A stretch of DNA of 64,000 nt from Octopus sinensis (Eukaryota), in assembly GCF_006345805.1 (NCBI RefSeq), contig NC_043018.1:11718001-11782000 (forward strand), given 5' to 3'. Every line of letters starts with the position of its first letter. The stretch's first letter is position 1. The translations under genes and the position numbers were made by a program. Shown here in pieces: positions 1 through 11,816 of this stretch. Below the pieces are notes generated by a model that worked only from the letters and a program-made list of their open reading frames with translations, was not told the DNA's origin and did no database searches.

Positions 1-1995
1 AGTGGCACGTAAAAACACCTTTTGAACACTGGGCCTCATGGAGGCAATGACAAGTGACCAAGACCTTGGCGATATGCCACGCTTGAGAAGACCATCAAGC
101 CAAGTGAAATTGTAGTCATGGTCAATGCTGGTGTCATGTGCCAGTGGCACGTAAAAAGCACCTTTTGAACACTGGGCCTCATGGAGGCAATGACAAGTGA
201 CCAAGACCTTTGGCGATATGCCACGCTTGAGAAGACCCATCAAGCCAAGTGAAATTGTAGTCATGGTCAATGCTGGTGTCATGTGCCAGTGGCACGTAAA
301 AAGCACCTTTTGAACACTGGGCCTCATGGAGGCAATGACAAGTGACCAAGACCTTTGGCGATATGCCACGCTTGAGAAGACCCATCAAGCCAAGTGAAAT
401 TGTAGTCATGGTCAATGCTGGTGTCATGTGCCAGTGGCACGTAAAAAGCACCTTTTGAACACTGAGCCTCATGGAGGCAATGACAAGTGACCAAGACCTT
501 TGGCGATATGCCACGCTTGAGAAGACCCATCAAGCCAAGTGAAATTGTAGTCATGGTCAATGCTGGTGTCATGTGCCAGTGGCACGTAAAAAGCACCTTT
601 TGAACACTGAGCCTCATGGAGGCAATGACAAGTGACCAAGACCTTTGGCGATATGCCACGCTTGAGAAGACCCATCAAGCCAAGTGAAATTGTAGTCATG
701 GTCAATGCTGGTGTCATGTGCCAGTGGCACGTAAAAAGCACCTTTTGAACACTGGGCCTCATGGAGGCAATGACAAGTGACCAAGACCTTTGGCGATATG
801 CCACGCTTGAGAAGACCCATCAAGCCAAGTGAAATTGTAGTCATGGTCAATGCTGGTGTCATGTGCCAGTGGCACGTAAAAAGCACCTTTTGAACACTGG
901 GCCTCATGGAGGCAATGACAAGTGACCAAGACCTTTGGCGATATGCCACGCTTGAGAAGACCCATCAAGCCAAGTGAAATTGTAGTCATGGTCAATGCTG
1001 GTGTCATGTGCCAGTGGCACGTAAAAAGCACCTTTTGAACACTGGGCCTCATGGAGGCAATGACAAGTGACCAAGACCTTTGGCGATATGCCACGCTTGA
1101 GAAGACCCATCAAGCCAAGTGAAATTGTAGTCATGGTCAATGCTGGTGTCATGTGCCAGTGGCACGTAAAAAGCACCTTTTGAACACTGGCCTCATGGAG
1201 GCAATGACAAGTGACCAAGACCTTTGGCGATATGCCACGCTTGAGAAGACCCATCAAGCCAAGTGAAATTGTAGTCATGGTCAATGCTGGTGTCATGTGC
1301 CAGTGGCACGTAAAAAGCACCTTTTGAACACTGGGCCTCATGGAGGCAATGACAAGTGACCAAGACCTTTGGCGATATGCCACGCTTGAGAAGACCCATC
1401 AAGCCAAGTGAAATTGTAGTCATGGTCAATGCTGGTGTCATGTGCCAGTGGCACGTAAAAAGCACCTTTTGAACACTGGGCCTCATGGAGCAATGACAAG
1501 TGACCAAGACCTTTGGCGATATGCCACGCTTGAGAAGACCCATCAAGCCAAGTGAAATTGTAGTCATGGTCAATGCTGTGTCATGTGCCAGTGGCACGTA
1601 AAAAGCACCTTTTGAACACTGGGCCTCATGGAGGCAATGACAATGACCAAGACCTTTGGCGATATGCCACGCTTGAGAAGACCCATCAAGCCAAGTGAAA
1701 TTGTAGTCATGGTCAATGCTGGTGTCATGTGCCAGTGGCACGTAAAAAGCACCTTTTGAACACTGGGCCTCATGGAGGCAATGACAAGTGACCAAGACCT
1801 TTGGCGATATGCCACGCTTGAGAAGACCCATCAAGCCAAGTGAAATTGTAGTCATGGTCAATGCTGGTGTCATGTGCCAGTGGCACGTAAAAAGCACCTT
1901 TTGAACACTGGGCCTCATGGAGGCAATGACAAGTGACCAAGACCTTTGGCGATATGCCACGCTTGAGAAGACCCATCAAGCCAAGTGAAATTGTA
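1..1995 (+). repeat. 145-bp tandem satellite (~13.8 copies, runs off the window edge) made of an RTE LINE ORF C-terminus plus the start of its 3' UTR
   Basis: The period of 145 is seen directly (ORF-track repeats at 179/324/469/614/759/904). The unit translates on + as TLGLMEAMTSDQDLWRYATLEKTHQAK*, matching the RTE C-terminus [24 protein letters not shown] in ORF 39103..39516. A degenerate single-copy RTE tail follows at ~1996-2150. Confidence 0.93.
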
Positions 1996-2232
1996 GTCGT
2001 GGCTGATACTGGTCTCATGTAACTGGCACCCATTACAGTCTTGGAGTGTTTGGCATAAGGAAGAGCATCCAGCCATCAGATTGGAACCTGGTGCAGCCCT
2101 CCAGCTGGCCAGTTTCAGTCAATCCATCTAACCCATGCCAGCATGGAAAGCAAATACCACATGTACCTTGAACACTTGATGTAAGTTCAGTTTCACTTCA
2201 GAAAGTTTCGCCTTTCACTAAAACAAATCTGT

Positions 2233-2304
2233 TTGTTGCATTTTTGCTTTTTATTTTTGTTGCATTTTTGCTTTTTATTTTTGTTGCATTTTTGCTTTTT
2301 ATTT
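2233..2304. repeat. 24-bp minisatellite x3 (TTGTTGCATTTTTGCTTTTTATTT)
   Basis: Three perfect copies read directly. Confidence 0.9.
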
Positions 2305-2345
2305 TTCCTTTCAGTCGAAGCACACAAAGCACTGAGGATCTCTTT

Positions 2346-2568
2346 TTCTTACTTGTTTCAGTCATTTTACTGTGGCCATGCTGGAGCACTGCCTTTAGTT
2401 GAGCAAATTGACCCCAGGACTTATTCTTTGTAAGCCTAGTACTTATTCTATCGGTCTCTTTTGCCGAACTGCTAAATTACGGGGATGTAAACACACCAGC
2501 ATCGGTTGTCAAACGATGCTAGGGGGACAAACACAGACACACAAGCATATACACACACACATACATAT

Positions 2569-2619
<51 letters not shown>

Positions 2620-2752
2620 GACGGGCTTCTTTCAGTTTCTGTCTACCAAATCCACTCACATGGCTTTGGTTGGCCTGAGGCTATAGTAGAAGACACTTGC
2701 CCAAGGTGCCACACAGTGGGACTGAATCTGGAACCATGTGGTTCATAAGCAG
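2346..2752 (-). mobile_element. tRNA-derived SINE, family A, with internal (TA)n
   Basis: Reverse complement of the + copy at 10995-11397. Confidence 0.8.
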
Positions 2753-3382
2753 TATGGTTCCAGTTTTAGCGAGAGATCAAATATAACTTGGAACTGGTGA
2801 TATTGGGAGGCTGTAAGTGTTTCTGAAATAGCATTTGTTACAAACAGCATTTAAAATGTTATTGTGTTTAAAAAAAAAAGAAAAAAAAATTGTAAATAAT
2901 ACTGGTTATAAAATATTTAATTCTAGTGTAAGAATTTTTTCCCACAAGCTGACGTGGCTGTATGGTTAAAAAGTTCCCTTCCTAAATACACAGTTCGAGG
3001 TTTGATCCCTTTGTATGGCACCTTGGGCAAGTATCTTTAGTTCAATGAGCAGACCAAAAACATTGTGAGTGGATTTAGAAGACAGACACTGAAAGAAGTC
3101 TACTATGTGTGTGTGTGTGTGTGTGTGAAAAGAACTTTTTAAGCACACAACAACTGTAGCTGCACCTATTTCTTTGCATTTTGAGTTCAAATCCTACTGA
3201 AACCCAGCTTTTGATTTTCATTCTGCAAGAGTTGGTAAAATAAATATCAGTGATGCAATGAAGTCAATTTAACTGACTGTTTTTTTAAATGTGGCCTTGT
3301 GCCAATTTTAGAATTCAAAATTATTGTATCTTGTGTGTAACAAAGACAATTATTTTGTATGTGTAACACAAATTGTTTTGTA

Positions 3383-3443
<61 letters not shown>

Positions 3444-5825
3444 TGTGTGTGTATGAATAAAAGGGGTGGGAGAGGTAAAAGCACATTGAGCACATCTCAC
3501 ATAATATCACAAATGTCTTTTCGTCAGGTACAAATGAATTATTTAATTGAAAATAGCTGCTGTAATGGAGAGGATGGTCAGCAGAAAAAACCCTTTTAAA
3601 ACCAGAAGTGGAGATTGGAAGTGGTAATGAACGAATGGCATCCCCTACTCACTAATTAGGGAAATAGATGGGAATGTGGTTTCATTTTGTTATCAGCATA
3701 CTCAAATTATTTTAGAAGTTGCAGTAGATTATAATCTCATTAATATATACGTGGCATCAACAAGGAAGAGTTGGTGTGCCGAAAGCTGGGATGATTATTG
3801 CTTAGGATAGAGAAATATGAGTAATAAAATTCCTATTTCCACTCTCATGTTTTTTTTATTCTTTCTACTGGCTTCGCTTTCTGTTGCATTCTCCATTGTA
3901 GCAGACTATTTCCAACTAAACATCCATTCATACTCAGTGAAAAAATATGCCAGAAGGCTACAAACATTTGTAATGTTACATCAGATGCACTCAGTCTGTA
4001 TGTTGTTCTTGATTGACCTCCTCCGTCCCCTTTTATTTACAGATTTCATTATCACATTATAAGCACCATCTGTTGCTTTCAAAATGGACTTGTATAGCAC
4101 CTGTTATCAGAATTTTTTGTCTAATCTCGATGTGTGATTAACGGTATTTGATGCCTTGATTAATAAATGTTATTGGTCAATTAGTGAGTCATTTGTATTT
4201 TCTGTACAAGTTATATTTATGCAAAACTAATCAACTGTGTTTCATCATGATCCCTTGACTGGTCCTACTACAATTTATATACATAGATGAGAAATCATTT
4301 TAAACACAAATTTATAGTATTTTATTCCTATGTATCTGTCACCAATGTGGTAGTTTGGAACTCTGCATTGAATGTTCCAAGTGCAGTTGAGTGCCCAGCC
4401 ACAACAGATCATCAGAGAATACTTTGCAAGATTATGTTGCAGAGAACCAATGCCTAGAGCTGGGTAGATGGCAAGATATTTATAAGTATTCTGAGAGAGA
4501 AGTCGAAAGATAGCAACTGGCAGAGAAAGAGGGACTAAGAAGGAAGAAAAGAAGGAGATAGAAAAGATAGAGAATAAGTAGAAAAAAGAGAAAGAAAGGA
4601 AAAACTAAGTTGGACCACCAGAAAAGGGGCTAAACAAAAAATATATAAACAGCATAAGTGAAATCGATTTATAAATAAATATAAATTCATTTCACTTGCT
4701 TTATCATGTTGTTTGTGTATTTCTGCTTATCCCTTTTGTGGTGGTCCAACTTAGTTTTTCCTTTCTTCCTTTCCTTCTCTCTTCCTTTTTTCTCTCTATT
4801 TTCCTTTTTGTTTTATTGGTCTTTCATTTTCAAGTATTTGTTTCTGTATTAAAACCCGTCATAATTCCAGGCATTGCTGCACGGTTAGCTTCGCTACTGT
4901 CTGGTCTCAGAATCAGAATCCACTCTACAGCACCTTATACAAGGGTCTTCTATTAGTGCTCCTTGAATTTGGTAGATGGAAACCGCATGGAAGCCCTATC
5001 AGCATCATTTAACATCTGTCTGTGTCCCATACTGGCATGGGCCGAATGGTTCAACAGGATCTGATGAACCAGAGGACTGTGTTGAGGTACAATGGCTGCT
5101 TTAGCATGGTTTCTATGGCTGGATGTCATGTGTGTGTGTGTGTACGCATGCAGATCTTTGTGTTTGTTCCCCATCATCACTTGACAACTGGGGTTGATTC
5201 GCTTACACCTCCATAAGTTCAGCAAAAGAGACTGATGGAATAAGATTTTTAAAAATTAGCACTGGACTCAATTTGATCAACTAAACCCTTCGAGGCAAAG
5301 CACTAGCATGACCCCAATTCAATGATAGAAAAGAGTAAAAGAGTTCTTCCTAACTATGGTCCTGCCATCTTCTGGCATCATGTGTTACTAGAAATCATCC
5401 AAACACTACCAATAATTTAGTTAACCAAACTTCTTCAGTCTAAAATGTGTGTGATACACAAATTTGAGGTTTACTTCTATAGGTGGGTGAGAAACATAGA
5501 ATTGACAATGGCTTGCAGAACTGAGGTCAAACATCCTAGGGGATGGTGCAAGGGTGAAATATTACCACAACAACAACATGAACATTATAAAGTTCAACCA
5601 AACCCTATGAGGAGCATGATTCACACATGATTACTTCCAGTCATTCCAAATTAATAAGCAGCTTGATGGATAAATTAGCTAATAGACAAAGTCTCTTGTG
5701 GTGTACTCTAAATCATCGTCCTCCTCGTAACCATTTTACTGTTCATGTTTTCATCCTTGCCGGATGCCTTTCCTGCTGCCACTCCTCACCTGTTTCTAAG
5801 CAAGGTAATAATTTCCCATGGTTGA

Positions 5826-6035
5826 AAGGCAGTGAGCTAGCAGAATTGTTAGCACACCTGGGCAGAATGCTTAGTGGAATTTCATCTGCCTTTACATTCT
5901 GAGTTCAAATTCTGCCAATTTTTGCTTTTCACCTTTTGGGGGTTGGTAAAATAGGTACCAGTTAAGTACTGGGATCAGTGTAATCGACTTACTTCCTCCG
6001 CCAAACTTATTGGCCTTGTGCCAAAATTTGAAACC
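5826..6035 (+). mobile_element. tRNA-derived SINE, family B
   Basis: Starts AAGGCAGTGAGCTAGCAGAATTGTTAGC with a B-box-like GAGTTCAAATTC. Homologous copies at 13555-13750 (-) and 26907-27120 (+). Confidence 0.7.
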
Positions 6036-6555
6036 AATATTTTCCCGTGGTTGAACATGTTTTCACGGAAGCCTGAAAATGAAAGATACTGCTAGTATGA
6101 CAATTACACTCACAGCAATTATCACACCATATCGAGACAAATACACACACAAACATATATGATCGGCTTTTTTTCAGTTTCCATGAACCAAATCCAGTCA
6201 CAAGGCTTTAGTAATTGCCCAAGGTGCGATGCAGTGAGACTGAACACAGAGCCACCCATACAGTTTCTGCCTACAAGTTTTACTAACAAAGCATTAGCCA
6301 GTCTAAAGCTTTGCACCTGAAATCACATGGTTGTGAAGGGATCTTCTAAACTATACAATCCTGCCTATATCTATGGTAAATTTTTTCAAGTTAATATGGG
6401 TTGAGATGGTCTTGGAATATGAGTTGAATTATATTGTACAGTTTTATATTCCATGAAAGCTTGAAGTTGGAGAGCAAGCTAGGAGATTGCTCTGAGCAGA
6501 TTTATGCATCTTTGACAAGAATATAATGTAACAGTAAATGTTATTAAAAAAAATA

Positions 6556-6561
6556 TTTAAT
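6556..6561 (-). terminator. Candidate polyadenylation signal (ATTAAA) of the unknown minus-strand gene
   Basis: ATTAAA lies 8 nt after the TAA stop at 6570. The region is AT-rich, so a chance match is possible. Confidence 0.3.
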
Positions 6562-6569
6562 ATTTTTTC

Positions 6570-6726
6570 TTAATATAAACATTGTAAAAAGTGCCGTTTA
6601 GCATCTCGAGAAGCTTTCAATAATTGTTTTCGGTAATTTAGAATATCATTTAAATATTCATAATATTTTAACATGTTCTGGTTCTTCATGTGTTCTATGG
6701 TGAACTCCCTTGTTCGTAACATATAC
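6570..6726 (-). CDS. Unknown gene, last coding exon (W)YMLRTREFTIEHMKNQNMLKYYEYLNDILNYRKQLLKASRDAKRHFLQCLY*
   Basis: Acceptor tttctttgttgcag|G. Phase 2 matches the TG| donor at 8600. Open to TAA at 6572-6570. Confidence 0.75.
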
Positions 6727-7089
6727 CTGCAACAAAGAAAGTGGGTTTAGAATAGAAAGTATAGTAATAAAGGTGGTGTTGGTGACAGTGGTATTAGTCA
6801 TAGTGGTGGTGGTGGAAATGTGTATACATGAATATGGTAATTAAATTGTTATCTGAAAAAGAAATATACTTCCTAAAAAACAAAATAATTCCTGCTGGCA
6901 AACAGTAAATATTAGCTGCATATATATATCTATATAGTATCATCATTGAATGTCTCCTTTTCCACGTTTGCATGGGTTAGAAGGAATTTGTTGGGTAAAT
7001 TTTCTACAGCCAGATACTCTTCTTGTCACTAATCCTCATTTGTTTCCAACCAAGATAATATTTCCCATTGCCAGACAATTTGGGTGATC

Positions 7090-7370
7090 GTTACCAACAT
7101 CGCCTTACTGGCACCTTTGCTGGTGGTATGTGTAAAAAGATTCGAGCGAGGTCATTGCCAGTACTGCCTGACTGGTCCCGTGCTGGTGGCACGTAAAAAG
7201 CACCCACTACACTCTCGGAGTGGTTGGCGTTAGGAAGGGCATCCAGCTGTAGAAACTCTGCCAAATCAAGATTGGAGCCTGGTGCAGCCATCTGGTTCGC
7301 CAGCCCTCAGTCAAAATCGTCCAACCAATGCTAGCATGGAAAGTGGACGTTAAACAACGATGATGATGAT
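7090..7370 (+). mobile_element. RTE LINE 3' tail (5'-truncated) ending in (GAT)n
   Basis: Contains GGCACGTAAAAAGCACCCACTACACTCTCGGAGTGG...GACGTTAAAC..GATGATGATG, the same as the 3' UTR of the RTE at 38651-41520. Confidence 0.8.
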
Positions 7371-7686
7371 ACACACACAGACAATATGTGTGTGTATGTA
7401 TGTGTATTACACATGAGGTTAAAAATGAAAAATATTTTCTAAGCCATGTCCAAGTCTCCATTTGCTGTCCGGCAATGTTTATTCAGACGCATTTTGTAAT
7501 GTTGGGTGTGAAAATACCTTAAGCTAAGCCTGAAAGCAATGAAGTCATAAAAGAATCATCCATAACTTGCAGTAAGCAACATTTACTAAACATTATTACT
7601 GTTATTTCTTTATTTTCTGCAAACAAAATGCACAAAAAAGCTACACGTTTGCATTATGTTATATATGCAATAATAATAAAGGACGT

Positions 7687-7797
7687 TACCGTATACAGTT
7701 TTACAAACCAAGGACATTATATAGACCTCCTTGACTCAAGTTAGAGAAGGGGTGCATATTATACACAAGGGCGGACTATACTCGAGGATTTATGGTA
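7687..7797. mobile_element. Short pogo/Tc2-like MITE remnant
   Basis: Ends TACCGTA...TATGGTA, with GGGTGCATATTATAC..GCGGACTATACTCGAG subterminal sequence. Confidence 0.4.
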
Positions 7798-7804
7798 CTT
7801 TATT

Positions 7805-8113
7805 TGGGTGGAGAGACTCCAGTATCCAGAAAGGTGGAGGACTGTCAAATGCCTTCTGGTAATCAATCCAAGTCATGTTGAGGTTTGTCTTTCTCTTTTT
7901 ACAGTCCCCTATAATGACTTGCTTTACCAGAAGCAACAACAATACGTCTCTTTCAGACACCTTTTTGTTCTTCTGGTAAAACGATGTTATTTTCCAGGTG
8001 TATTACGAGCCAGTTACAGATAACTGACCTGAGAGTTTTACAGGTTGTTTTGAGGTAGGTTACTGGCCTATAATTTTGTGGGTGAATGGTGTCTTTGATT
8101 TTTGTAGTTCAGA
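7805..8113 (-). mobile_element. R4/Dong-like (R2-group) non-LTR reverse transcriptase fragment
   Basis: Minus-strand translation, with frameshifts and stops, gives KDTIHPQNYRPVTYL..., LPEEQKG and KRKTNLNMTWIDYQKAFDS..FWILESL. These motifs are typical of R4/NeSL-type RTs. Confidence 0.65.
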
Positions 8114-8599
8114 AGATTATTATTATTATTATATACAGAGAACCATAGAGATAGAGAGAGAGATACATACACATATATGGTCTGGAACTGTACATGTTTA
8201 ACAAGAGATATATACAATGGAATTTACTCTGTGTGTGTGTGTATATGCATACACACACAGACAAACACACACACGTACACACACACTCACACACACACAC
8301 ACACACACACATTGTTGCTATTATGCAAAAGTGTCATACAAGTCCAAAATATTGCTTTTTCAGAAAACGCAAAAATAGTTCCACCATTCCATAGCAAAAC
8401 CGTTGTACTACACTTTGACAATTTTTTATATCCTGGCATCTAAAGCAGCTGGAGATATGGTAGTTTGACCAAAAGAACTGGCTATTGCATGCAAAAATAA
8501 ATATTAAAAAAAATGCATTTGGCCAAAATTGGACATACAAGTCATCTTACAGTATCACAAACAGTAAGTGGAAGTCTTGAAGAGAGACAGAATCCTTAC

Positions 8600-8744
8600 C
8601 AAAATTTTCGAGGTGGTCTAGTTCTTTCCAACTCTTGTTGTCTTTTGGTTTCCAAAAGTATCTCTTCATTTAAATGCAGTTTATCAAGTCGAAGTTTAGC
8701 CATTTGCACACTAATATTGAAAAGCTGATCTTCTCTGTTTTTGG
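8600..8744 (-). CDS. Unknown gene, internal exon (S)KNREDQLFNISVQMAKLRLDKLHLNEEILLETKRQQELERTRPPRKF(W)
   Basis: Acceptor ttactgcag|CC and donor TG|gtaagg. 145 nt, phase 1 to phase 2, compatible with both neighbours. Confidence 0.78.
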
Positions 8745-8925
8745 CTGCAGTAACATACAAGAACTTTATTTTAACACTGGTCACTTTTGTTTTGCACACA
8801 CTTTCTTTCGCTTTCTGTATTTCTTCCCCCTCCTTCCCTCCCTCTCTCTCTACTTCATTTCAAAAATTGATGCACCTAAATGAAAAAAACATTTAGCTAC
8901 AGACATATATTCTTTAACCCTTTAG

Positions 8926-9080
8926 CATTCGAGCCAGCCGTATTCAGCCCCAAAATTCTACTTGTTTTATGCTCAAATCAGCCAGATCCCATCTCACACC
9001 TACCCTATGATGTCATTCTAAAAATCTACAATCATATTATCAAAATCCCAAAGCTACAAGATAACGCATACCATAAATCC
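8926..9080 (-). mobile_element. piggyBac-like MITE (TTAA-CCCTTTAGCATT termini), partial
   Basis: Starts TTAACCCTTTAGCATTC. Homologous copies at 15230-15430, 16981-17181, 33869-34086 and ~37800-37990. Confidence 0.6.
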
Positions 9081-9226
9081 TCGAATATAGTCCGCATTTT
9101 TCCCCCACTAAACCTTTCAAGCTTCCAGCATGGCCACAGCCCTTTGATCAAAATAAGTTAAAGAATAAAAGAACATACTGATGACAGAGGATGGTGGAAT
9201 TTTTAGAGAGGAAATTAAATACTTAC

Positions 9227-9736
9227 AATTCAAGTTGAAAATTTCTTTATCTAAAAGTCTACGATCAGCTGATTTGCAATCAAAGAGATCTTTGCACTTC
9301 GCAGCATTTAAATATTTTACAAGACATTCTTCTGAGAACTTATGATCATTCATGTCTGCCTTACTCTTCAGATCAAAAAGGGCTCCAAGGTATCCAGGTC
9401 TGTAATGTTGATTAATCATGTAGTCATCTGGACGCATGTGATAAGGTTTGTGCAGTGGACTGAGGAACCAGTCCGCATATCCAGTGTGCCTTGAGTTACA
9501 GCATATACAGTTATCGCTCTTGTTAAGTTGTGTGTGTGATGTTGAGGAGGGCTGTAGTTGTTGTGGTGATAACGATGATGAATTTTCCATCTTTGGTGCA
9601 ATGCAACTGAATTCATAAAGAATTTTGTGAAGATCTTCAGTAACTTTGCTGAGTTGACTTGATAGTCGTACGTAGTCAGAATACCGGTCTTCACACATGG
9701 CTAATACTTCTTCTATACTCCAGTCTCTTGAATTTT
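9227..9736 (-). CDS. Unknown gene, large exon (NSRDWSIEEVLA MCEDRYSDY...EIFNLN)
   Basis: 510-nt open frame. Acceptor tttttttctaag|, donor T|gtaagt. Contains ORF 9117..9698; ATG 9698 (gccATG) is an alternative start. Confidence 0.72.
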
Positions 9737-10249
9737 CTTAGAAAAAAATGTAGCAATGTACAAGTAAATATGCCCAAGTACAATTTAATTTCACTACTAA
9801 ATATTTTTTTATTTGTTTAGAAGTACAAAATGAATTGGTTTCAAATTTTGGCCCAAGGCCTACACATTTAGGAGATGGAGTTAGTCAATTACATTGAGCC
9901 CCATACTTGAATGGGACTTTGTTTTATCAACTCTGGAGGGATGAAAAGCAAAGATTATTTCAGTGAAAATTGAACTTAGAACATAATGAGCTGGAATGGA
10001 TGCTGCAATTTGTTTTTTTCCCAACACTCGAATGGTTCTAGCAGCCTACCACATTAATGGCGTGATTTGGGCACAAGGCCAGCAGTATTGAAGGGGAAGA
10101 CATAAGTTGATATCATCAACCCCAGGATGAAGAGTGAAGTTGATCCTAGCAGAATTTGGATGTAAAATGTCAGAGGAATCACTGCAAAGCATTTTATTTG
10201 ATACCCTAATGATTCTGCCAGCTTGCCACTTTTAGAAATATGAAATCAA

Positions 10250-10562
10250 GTGTCTTCTACTATAGCCTCGGGTCGACCAAAGCCTTGTGAGTGGATTTGG
10301 TAGACGGAAACTGAAAGAATCCCATCGTATATATGTATATATATGTGTGTGTGTATATATGTTTGTGTGTCTGTTTGTCCCCCCAACATCTCTTGACAAC
10401 CGATGCTGGTGTGTTTACGTCCCCGTAACTTAGCGGTTCAACAAAAGACACCGATAGAATAAGTACTAGGCTTACAAAGAATAAGTCCTGGGGTCAATTT
10501 GCTTGACTAAAGGCGGTGCTCCAGCATGGCCACAGTCAAATGACTGAAACAAGTAAAAGAGT
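10250..10562 (+). mobile_element. SINE family A, 5'-truncated
   Basis: Near-identical to 11085-11397. Confidence 0.8.
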
Positions 10563-10630
10563 ATATCATAAGCTCCAAATATGAGGAAAACCAGTCCATC
10601 TTTTTTGTTTGTGTGTTGTCTAATTGGTGT

Positions 10631-10653
10631 TTAGGGTTAGGGTTAGGGTTAGG
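10631..10653 (+). repeat. Interstitial (TTAGGG)~4
   Basis: TTAGGGTTAGGGTTAGGGTTAGG read directly. Confidence 0.8.
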
Positions 10654-10994
10654 TGATGTCCAACATCACATTACGTTGGAAACTGCAATGAACTTAACTC
10701 TGTCATAGCAGGAATGGCTTAAATGTCATCTCTGCAGGATTTCTGGTTAAGCAGTAAAGAAATAAGAGAGAAAAGGGAGCTGCACCTGACTCTGTCCATC
10801 AGTTTGCTTGCAATCATTACTCTTGAGCTGTAAATGCAACTTTCTATTTCATTGCTCAGGGGCTCATGTAGGGGGAGGGGTAAAGTTAGAGACGGAGGCC
10901 CAGGTCTGAAGGGGTTAATTCAATCATTACTAAAATAATTGCTGTTCTTTCATCCAAACAGCAACAACTGACTATGACACAGAGAATCATGCAA

Positions 10995-11397
10995 AGGAGT
11001 AGGAGTGGCTGTGTGGTAAGTAGCTTGCTAACCAACCACATGGTTCTGGGTTCAGTCCCACTGCATGGCATCTTGGGCAAGTGTCTTCTGCTATAGCCCC
11101 GGGCCGACCAATGCCTTGTGAGTGGATTTGGTAGACGGAAACTGAAAGAAGCCCGTCGTATATATGTATATATATATATGTATGTGTGTGTGTTTGTATG
11201 TCTGTCTTTGTCCCATTAGCATTGCTTGACAACCGATGCTGGTGTGTTTACGTCCCCGTCACTTAGCGGTTCGGCAAAAAGAGACTGATAGAATAAGTAC
11301 TGGGCTTACAAAGAATAAGTCCCGGGGTCGATTTGCTCGACTAAAGGCGGTGCTCCAGCATGGTCGCAGTCAAATGACTGAAACAAGTAAGAGAGTA
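10995..11397 (+). mobile_element. tRNA-derived SINE family A, near full length
   Basis: A-box-like TGGCTGTGTGG, B-box-like GGGTTCAGTCCC, internal TA/TG microsatellite, tail GAAACAAGTAAGAGAGTA. Many further copies in the window (e.g. ~6100, 29330, 30415, 34620, 35990, 47460, 59340, 63010). Confidence 0.82.
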
Positions 11398-11816
11398 TCC
11401 ACGTGAGGAATATCATTGCAAAAGCATCTCTGAAACGAGGCACTTTGAGAACAGAGTGGAGTGAATGTGATTGTTTTAATACCAATAGCACGAGTTCTGC
11501 TGTGAAGAACATGCTTTAAGGCTTAGCAGTTGTGGAGTGGTGTCTAAGAAATTGGAAGAGAACGTGTAGGACACCTCCAACACAATGGGAAAATGACATT
11601 CAAACAATTTGGGCTGAAATGGAAGAGGAGGATACAATCAAAGGAAGACTGAAAGTGCATTGTGACTAGTGAGGTATAAAGGATATTTTATTAGTTGATA
11701 AAAGAGATTACTTATATAATACATTCAGTACTAAAAACTAGCAGTTAAATATATATATATATATATATCTGACAGTAGTTCATATATCTGAATAAGAAGC
11801 ACACTCTAAAATCCCT

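Noticed and set aside
1-1995. Regular repeats resembling a CRISPR array, and the repeated 111-aa ORFs
   Set aside because: The units are contiguous and identical with no unique spacers, there are no cas genes, and the context is eukaryotic. The ORFs are by-products of the 145-bp period on the antisense strand.
3528-3599. Possible terminal exon of a + strand gene (tcgtcag|VQMNYLIENSCCNGEDGQQKKPF*)
   Set aside because: A single plausible acceptor with no recognisable homology or partner exon in the window.
10631-10653. Telomeric hexamers as a chromosome end or fusion site
   Set aside because: Under four copies in an interior position; too short to support more than a chance or repeat-derived tract.
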